NCBI GenBank assembly: GCA_002471575.1
Contig: DKQG01000050.1
Span: 9,813 to 73,812, forward strand
Source of the DNA: Alphaproteobacteria bacterium UBA7314
GTDB taxonomy: Bacteria > Pseudomonadota > Alphaproteobacteria > MPNO01 > UBA830
DNA length: 64,000 bases
Direction: 5' to 3'
In this document: piece by piece, positions 58,435 through 64,000 of the stretch
Numbering within the stretch: position 1 is the first letter of the stretch
How the letters are laid out: every line of letters starts with the position of its first letter
Position numbers and translations under genes: made by a program
The notes under the pieces: generated by a model
Told to the model about the DNA's origin: nothing
The model's database searches: none
What the model saw: only the letters and a program-made list of their open reading frames with translations

Positions 58435-59013
58435 CTAATCGGCGCCCACGTCCCCGGCACCCTTGCCTTCGCCAACACGGTGCAGCGGGCGACCAGAATC
58501 CGTCAGCGCGATTATTACGACAATTTCATCAGCTCGCGGCGCGTCAGCGAGCGAGACTTCCATCGCGTCGAAATGCGAAAACGTCCATACGTCTTCCTTG
58601 TGGTGCAGTGGGCAGTCGATCGCGGTGCCAGGACCTCCGACTTTTTTAGTCGAGGGAATAATCGATGGCGCCGGACCGACGATATCGCGCAAGGGCTTGC
58701 CCATGGTGGGATGCATGCAGGCGGCGCCGTGTTCCTTCTCGCCGTTCTCGCCTATGATGGCGGCCTTGCCAAAACTATGTACTTCTGCCGCGCTTATGCC
58801 GAGGGCGTTCATTGCGCAGCGGCCTAGAAGATCGCCCAGCTCGGCGCCGGCGGCCTCCAGTTCCGGCAGGTCATGCGAAAACCGGCCGGCATAGGGATTT
58901 TTGATCACGGCAACGGCGGCGCATTGCCGGCTGGGCGGATCGACCACTTCGCCGATTTCTATACGCGTTTCCTCGACGAGGGTGACGATTTTCCTAATCT
59001 CTGTGCCCGGCAT
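58435..59013 (-). CDS. DUF1185 / 'amino-acid synthesis' family protein
   Basis: 192 aa. The N-terminus MPGTEIRKIVTLVEETRIEIG and the overall length match this family of unknown function. Confidence 0.5.
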   Translation of the reverse strand: MPGTEIRKIVTLVEETRIEIGEVVDPPSRQCAAVAVIKNPYAGRFSHDLPELEAAGAELGDLLGRCAMNALGISAAEVHSFGKAAIIGENGEKEHGAACMHPTMGKPLRDIVGPAPSIIPSTKKVGGPGTAIDCPLHHKEDVWTFSHFDAMEVSLADAPRADEIVVIIALTDSGRPLHRVGEGKGAGDVGAD

Positions 59014-59090
59014 GTCTTGATCCCCTGCATGGCGCGGTTTCTCCTATTATGTCATAAACGGCTGAAGAATAATCGAGGAGTACAGGGCGC

Positions 59091-60497
59091 ATGGATCAGT
59101 CGATCCGGGGATATCTCGCCAATCTGGAACAGCAGGGCGAACTGGTGCGTTTTCGAAAGGAAGTGGACCCGCATGAAAACCTGACCGCTATCGGTTGGAA
59201 GACATTCGACCGGCTGGGAAAGGCGTCGCTGTTCGACAATCTGACCGGCTTTCCCGACTGGCAGGTCTGCAACCAGATCCTGATCGACCGCCGCAAATGG
59301 GGCATCGGCCTGGGCGTCGCAGAAGAAGACGTGATCGAGACGTTCAATACCCGCGTCAAATCGCCGATCGATCCGGAAATGGTCGACGCCGCCGGGGCGC
59401 CGGTAAAGGAAGTGATCCTGAAAGGCGATGAGGTCGACCTGACCAAAGTGCCAGCGGCGTGGACGTCGGAACTGGATCCCGGTCCTTTCATCGCGTCGGG
59501 CATGGCGATCATCAAGGACCCGGACACCGGTATCCGAAACATGTCAATCCATCGCCAGCAGATCATGGGCAAGAACCGTACCGGATATCTTATCTGCCCG
59601 CGCCAAGCATTGCGCATCTATCAGAAATACCAAGAACGGAACGAGCCCATGCCGGTGGCCATGGTCGTCGGCGCGCATCCGGCGATATATTTCTCGTCGT
59701 CCTACACCGCGCCTTACGGCACCGACGAACTGACCGTCGCCGGCGCGCTGATGGGCGAACCCGTCCGCATGGTAAAATGCGAGACCATCGATATCGAGGT
59801 CCCGGCCGAAGCTGAGATGATTCTCGAAGGCGAAATTCCACCCGATGCCCATACGCCGGAGGGTCCATTCGGCGAGGGGTCCGGCGGATACGCAATGGAG
59901 GGGTTCACCCAGTACTTGGATGTTAAATGCATCACCCGGCGCGAGAAACCGATCTTTTATGCGATGCAATGCGGTGCGCCGATGACGGACACCCAGGCAC
60001 TAGTCGCCACCGCGATCGACATGCTGCTGTGGGAACACCTGAAAAACGTCGAAGGCGGGCTCGACCTGCTCGATCTCCGCTGTCTCGGACTTGCCGGCAT
60101 GATGGCGGTCGTGGTCAAACTGCGTCCCCGGGTCGAGGGGCAGGCCAAGACTGCGCTGATGGCGGCGCTATCTGGCCCGCAGATGCACCCGAAACTCGCC
60201 ATCGCAGTTGACGAGGATATCGATGCGTCCGACATGCGCCAGGTATTCTGGTCGCTGACGACGCGGGTACATGCCGAGCGCGACGTCATCAAAATTCCTA
60301 ACGCCCGCACATGGTCGCTCGACAACGTGTCCGACATCGTGCCGGGACAAAGCGCCATGCACCGCATCGGCACAAAGACGATCATCGACGCCACCAAGCC
60401 GGCAGTGACCGATCCAGAGGGCCGCGAGCGCTTTACCATGGCGATGCCGAAAAACTACGACAGCGTCGATCTCGCCGATTTCTTACCTGATTCATGA
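59091..60497 (+). CDS. UbiD-family (prFMN-dependent) reversible aromatic-acid decarboxylase
   Basis: 468 aa with UbiD-family landmarks (..MSIHRQQIMGKNRTGY.., GEGSGGYAMEG.., the C-terminal ..SLTTRVHAERDV..). No ubiX or flavin prenyltransferase gene lies in the window. Confidence 0.85.
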   Translation: MDQSIRGYLANLEQQGELVRFRKEVDPHENLTAIGWKTFDRLGKASLFDNLTGFPDWQVCNQILIDRRKWGIGLGVAEEDVIETFNTRVKSPIDPEMVDAAGAPVKEVILKGDEVDLTKVPAAWTSELDPGPFIASGMAIIKDPDTGIRNMSIHRQQIMGKNRTGYLICPRQALRIYQKYQERNEPMPVAMVVGAHPAIYFSSSYTAPYGTDELTVAGALMGEPVRMVKCETIDIEVPAEAEMILEGEIPPDAHTPEGPFGEGSGGYAMEGFTQYLDVKCITRREKPIFYAMQCGAPMTDTQALVATAIDMLLWEHLKNVEGGLDLLDLRCLGLAGMMAVVVKLRPRVEGQAKTALMAALSGPQMHPKLAIAVDEDIDASDMRQVFWSLTTRVHAERDVIKIPNARTWSLDNVSDIVPGQSAMHRIGTKTIIDATKPAVTDPEGRERFTMAMPKNYDSVDLADFLPDS

Positions 60498-60616
60498 GCT
60501 GCTTAAGCAGATTTCACACCTGCCCTCTCCGCCTTCCGGCCGAACACGGGACGATCTTTATGGTTGTCTGGGAGCGGGAGCGGGGACCCGGCTACTCAAG
60601 ATAAAGGAGCCCGACC

Positions 60617-61090
60617 ATGTCCAAAAACGGCCCCGCGTTCGATCCGCTCGACGTCGAAGCCATCGAGCGCAATCCCTATCCACCACCCAACGATACCGTG
60701 TTAGCCGGTAAGGCACGCCGAGCGCTGGGCGATCCGAACGGGCTGACGAAGTTCGGTGTGAATCTGACCGAAATGGCACCGGGCTCGGTCTCGGCTCTGC
60801 GTCACTGGCATTCGGAAGAGGATGAATTCATCTTTATCACCGAAGGCACGCCGACGCTCGTCACCGGTACCGGCGAACAACTGCTGCGGGCCGGCATGTG
60901 TGCGTGTTTTCCGGCAGGGTCCGGCGATGCCCACCGGCTGGAAAACCGTAGCAACGCGGTCGTCCGCTACCTTGAGGTCGGCAACCGTTCGGTACGCGAA
61001 GACGTGCATTATCCCGACGATGACATGGTCATGAAGCGGGTCGCCGGCGAGGCGCCAACCTTCACCCGCGCGGACGGCTCGCCATATTGA
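60617..61090 (+). CDS. Cupin-domain protein (157 aa)
   Basis: A single cupin is present (LRHWHSEEDEFIFITEGTPTLV...GDAHRLEN). Confidence 0.6.
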   Translation: MSKNGPAFDPLDVEAIERNPYPPPNDTVLAGKARRALGDPNGLTKFGVNLTEMAPGSVSALRHWHSEEDEFIFITEGTPTLVTGTGEQLLRAGMCACFPAGSGDAHRLENRSNAVVRYLEVGNRSVREDVHYPDDDMVMKRVAGEAPTFTRADGSPY

Positions 61091-62019
61091 TACGGGTCGC
61101 CTTTGAGCGCATCGCGAATGTCGCGACCTGGCTGATGGCGGGGGCGCTGGTGGCCGGCTATGCCGCTCAGCCGGTCGCCGAATTTTTCGGGCCGTATATT
61201 TTGCATTCGATGGTGATCCTTCTGGCGATTGCCATGGTGCGTTTGGATGTGGATAAACTGCGCGGCTATATCCGCCGTCCGCGGGTACTGGCTGCGATCG
61301 TCATCGTCAACCTGATCGCCGCACCGCTGATGATGTGGTTCCTAATCCAGCCGCTGAACATTCCGCCGGGCCTCGAACAAGGGTTGTTCCTGATGGCAGC
61401 CGCGCCGATGATTAGCTCCGCCATCGCTATCGCGACTATTCTGGAACTAGACGCCGCCCTCGCCGTTGCCGCCATGGTAACGACCTACGCCGTGGTCCCC
61501 TTTACCCTGCCGACGCTGTCAGTCTGGTTGATCGGTTTCGACCTGGGGGTCAGCATCTGGGAGATGTTCATCCGACTGTTCGCCACGATCGCGGCGCCAG
61601 CGGCGCTAGCTTTTATCCTGCGGCGATGGGTTTTCGAGCGGGAAACGCTAGCCCGCAATGCCCGGGCAATCGACGGACTGGGCGTGGTATTTGTGATGAT
61701 TTTCTGTCTCGGCATCATGGACGGTATCGCCGCCTTTACGGAAGGACGGATCGACTACGTCATCTTGACGTTGATCGCTGCCTTTGCCGCCAACATCGCG
61801 ATGCAGGTGTTCGGTACGGTGCTGTTTCTGAAACTCGGCCGGCGCGAGGCGCTGACCATAGGTCTAGTGACCGGCAACACCAATCTCGGCCTCGTCATGG
61901 TGGTGTTGGCCGATAAGGCGTCACCGGAACTGATCGCCTATTTCGTTCTTGGCCAGGTGCCGATGTATTTTCTTCCTGTGGTGGCGCTGCCGATATATCG
62001 GCGGCTAATGAGGGCATGA
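61087..62019 (+). CDS. Polytopic membrane transporter, BASS / AEC-like fold (paralogue 1)
   Basis: 310 aa with about 10 TM segments, an internal repeat, and a ..GLVTGNTNLGLVMVVL.. motif. Its start overlaps the upstream stop (ATGA). Confidence 0.55.
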   Translation: MIRVAFERIANVATWLMAGALVAGYAAQPVAEFFGPYILHSMVILLAIAMVRLDVDKLRGYIRRPRVLAAIVIVNLIAAPLMMWFLIQPLNIPPGLEQGLFLMAAAPMISSAIAIATILELDAALAVAAMVTTYAVVPFTLPTLSVWLIGFDLGVSIWEMFIRLFATIAAPAALAFILRRWVFERETLARNARAIDGLGVVFVMIFCLGIMDGIAAFTEGRIDYVILTLIAAFAANIAMQVFGTVLFLKLGRREALTIGLVTGNTNLGLVMVVLADKASPELIAYFVLGQVPMYFLPVVALPIYRRLMRA

Positions 62020-62948
62020 TCTTATTTCGCGGTCTGGACTGGGTCGCCAAACGAGCGACCTGGTTCCTTGCGGCCGGAGTTTTCGGCGGCATCGCCTGGC
62101 AGCCGCTCGCCGACGCGCTGGCACCCTGGCTGGAAGCCCTGATCGTTATGAATCTGTCGCTTTCGATGATGCGCATCGAGCCAGCGGCGCTGAAGGATTA
62201 CTTCCGCCACCATTGGCTGATCACAGTTATTTTCATCTTTACCATGGGGATCACGCCGTTAATCCTGTGGGGTCTGACCGGGGCCGCCGGCATCGACGGG
62301 CCGTTGGGCGCGGGCATCGTGTTCCATGCGCTGGCCACGCCTATCATGTCGGCGCCTGCGCTGTGCGTCCTGTTCGGCCTCGACGCGGCGCTCGCCCTGA
62401 TCATCACGGTGCTGTCCTATGCGCTGGTGCCGTTCACGCTGCCGCCGCTCGCGCTTTGGCTGCTGGGGATCGAGCTGGACGTCACGGTGCTGGAACTTAT
62501 GTGGCGGCTGGGCCGGATTGTCGGCGGCAGCTTCCTAATAGCGGTGATCGCCCGATACGTTCTGAAGCCCGCATTCCTGCAGGCCCAGGCGTCGCGCATG
62601 GACGGCATCATGGTGCTCGGGATGGTCGGCGTGGCAGTGTCACTGATGTCGGGTCTGCCGGATTTCGCCGTCGCAAAGCCATCTTTCACCGCCTTCGTCA
62701 CCATAACCACTTTCATCGTGAATATCGGGCTACAGATTTTCGCGGCCTGCGTGTTCTGGCGCGTCGGCAGACGAGCGGCAGTAACCATCGGTCTCTTGAC
62801 CGGCAACACTAACGTGGCATTGGTGCTCGCGGCAGTCAGCGAAAGCGCGTCCTACGACCTGCTCGTCTACTTCGTAGTGGGGCAGTTTCCAATCTACATC
62901 CTCCCGCTGGTCGCGGTACCTATATACCGGCGGGTAGTGGCCACATAA
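62016..62948 (+). CDS. Polytopic membrane transporter, BASS / AEC-like fold (paralogue 2)
   Basis: 310 aa and clearly homologous to the preceding gene (shared blocks ..PLADALAPW.., ..TGNTNVALVLAAV.., the C-terminal ..PLVAVPIYRR..). Its start overlaps the paralogue-1 stop. Confidence 0.55.
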   Translation: MILFRGLDWVAKRATWFLAAGVFGGIAWQPLADALAPWLEALIVMNLSLSMMRIEPAALKDYFRHHWLITVIFIFTMGITPLILWGLTGAAGIDGPLGAGIVFHALATPIMSAPALCVLFGLDAALALIITVLSYALVPFTLPPLALWLLGIELDVTVLELMWRLGRIVGGSFLIAVIARYVLKPAFLQAQASRMDGIMVLGMVGVAVSLMSGLPDFAVAKPSFTAFVTITTFIVNIGLQIFAACVFWRVGRRAAVTIGLLTGNTNVALVLAAVSESASYDLLVYFVVGQFPIYILPLVAVPIYRRVVAT

Positions 62949-62983
62949 ATAAAAAAAGGCGGACCCGAAGGCCCGCCTTTTTT
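62948..62983. terminator. Bidirectional rho-independent terminator
   Basis: AAAAAAA-GGCGGACCCGAAGGCCCGCC-TTTTTT. A GC hairpin is flanked by an A-run and a T-run, sitting between the convergent transporter gene and the Rieske oxygenase gene. Confidence 0.7.
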
Positions 62984-63002
62984 AAATATTGGTGCGCGGA
63001 CG

Positions 63003-64000
63003 CTATTCCGCAGCAACCGCCATTTCGCCCCGCTCTTCCGCGATCTTGCGGTCGATCATGTTGCGGGCGGCAATGGAGCCGGCATCTTGGATCGTGTCGA
63101 TCGTCGGACGATCGTCCCAGTTCTCCTGCTGCTTGTTGAACACCTCCCAGTCCTGGTGAAAAGCCGTGAAGATCTGCTTGTAAGACATTTCGGTCATTTC
63201 CTCGGTGACCGGCTGACCTTCGACCTGATAAGCGTTGGACCAGAAGTAATGGGTCGTAGTTTCGGTTTCGGGCGTTACAAAGTTGAGGTTATGGAACCCG
63301 AACCCACCTTTCGGTACCGGCAGATCGATATCGGTAAAACCGAATTCCTTGCCCTCTGCGGCCCCTTCCGCGGCGCCGGTGAACAAGCGCACGGCGCCTG
63401 GCATCTGGAATTCTATAATCTGCCAGCGGTCGACGATGTCGTCTTCCGTCCAGCCACCCATCCTCTGATAGGTCGGTGCCGGATTCTGGCCGACAGTCCA
63501 GCGTGCAACCGTGACGCTGTCGTCGTCTTTCAGCGTGCGGATCTTGGCAGCCTCGGCGACGGCGGCATTGCCGATGGTCGATTTATGCACAAAGCCAAGA
63601 TGCGACAGGTCCAGCAGGTTGTCGATGATCAGCTTGTAATCGCATTTGACGTAGAAATACGTCCCCTTGTCGCCCCAATCGTCGTCGGTCTTCCAGGGAT
63701 AAGGAACGATCAGGTTTTCGTCGGCCAGCGCCGGATCGCCCATCCAGATCCAGATCCAGTTGTATTTCTCGACGATTGGATAAGTGCGGACCTGGGCCCC
63801 CGGCGGGATCGTAGTCTGGCCCGGCACATGCGTGCACTTGCCCGCCGCATCGAACTGAAGGCCGTGATAGTAGCATTCCAGCTTGTCGCCGACAATTTTG
63901 CCCTTCGACAGCGGCATTCGGCGGTGGCAGCAACGGTCTTCAAAGGCCTGCGGCGTACCGTCCTCCTTGCGCCAGAAGACAATGTTTTCATTGCAGATGG
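63003..64000 (-). CDS. Rieske non-haem-iron oxygenase alpha subunit (VanA / phthalate-dioxygenase-like family), 5' end beyond window
   Basis: Rieske motifs CCHRR...CYYHGLQFD are present; the first lies in the frame that continues upstream of the ORF-track start. The mononuclear-iron region ..LSHLGFVHK.. is present. The C-terminal 332 codons are in the window. Confidence 0.8.
   Translation of the reverse strand, partial: ICNENIVFWRKEDGTPQAFEDRCCHRRMPLSKGKIVGDKLECYYHGLQFDAAGKCTHVPGQTTIPPGAQVRTYPIVEKYNWIWIWMGDPALADENLIVPYPWKTDDDWGDKGTYFYVKCDYKLIIDNLLDLSHLGFVHKSTIGNAAVAEAAKIRTLKDDDSVTVARWTVGQNPAPTYQRMGGWTEDDIVDRWQIIEFQMPGAVRLFTGAAEGAAEGKEFGFTDIDLPVPKGGFGFHNLNFVTPETETTTHYFWSNAYQVEGQPVTEEMTEMSYKQIFTAFHQDWEVFNKQQENWDDRPTIDTIQDAGSIAARNMIDRKIAEERGEMAVAAE

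Overview
This 64-kb window is a high-GC (roughly 60 %) stretch of what looks like an alphaproteobacterial chromosome, probably of a Rhodospirillales- or Rhizobiales-like free-living organism. About two thirds is core housekeeping DNA in conserved operons. These are ctpA, a YibQ-like deacetylase and rppH; amtB; the F1 ATP synthase operon atpHAGDC; priA; tal, a DUF484 gene and xerC; the TCA block sdhCDAB, zapE, mdh, sucCDAB and lpdA; asd; leuCDB fused behind the ffh-rpsP-rimM-trmD-rplS operon; and dapF-mtaB-ftsY. Two accessory stretches break this core. The first (about 40.1-43.3 kb) holds a small secreted-peptide ORF, an amidohydrolase-2 gene with an in-frame TAA, a DOPA-dioxygenase-family gene and an MFS exporter. 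The second (46.5-64 kb) holds an orphan form-II CoxL-like molybdenum hydroxylase translationally coupled to pyrE, a ferredoxin-domain remnant, a MarR / gentisate 1,2-dioxygenase / thioesterase module, an AT-richer polysaccharide patch (wecB, a UDP-glucuronate epimerase, a gene remnant), and a compact cluster around a UbiD-family decarboxylase. That cluster also carries three cupin proteins, a DUF1185 protein, a luciferase-like monooxygenase, two tandem paralogous transporters and a Rieske oxygenase. I regard it as the best candidate for an undescribed aromatic-acid (de)carboxylation system. Other things worth a second look are an 800-bp GC-rich ORF-free spacer upstream of sdhC, several gene remnants that each carry a single in-frame stop, and long acidic or Ala-rich tails on S16, L19 and RimM. 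I found no rRNA, no convincing tRNA, no CRISPR array and no transposase in the window.
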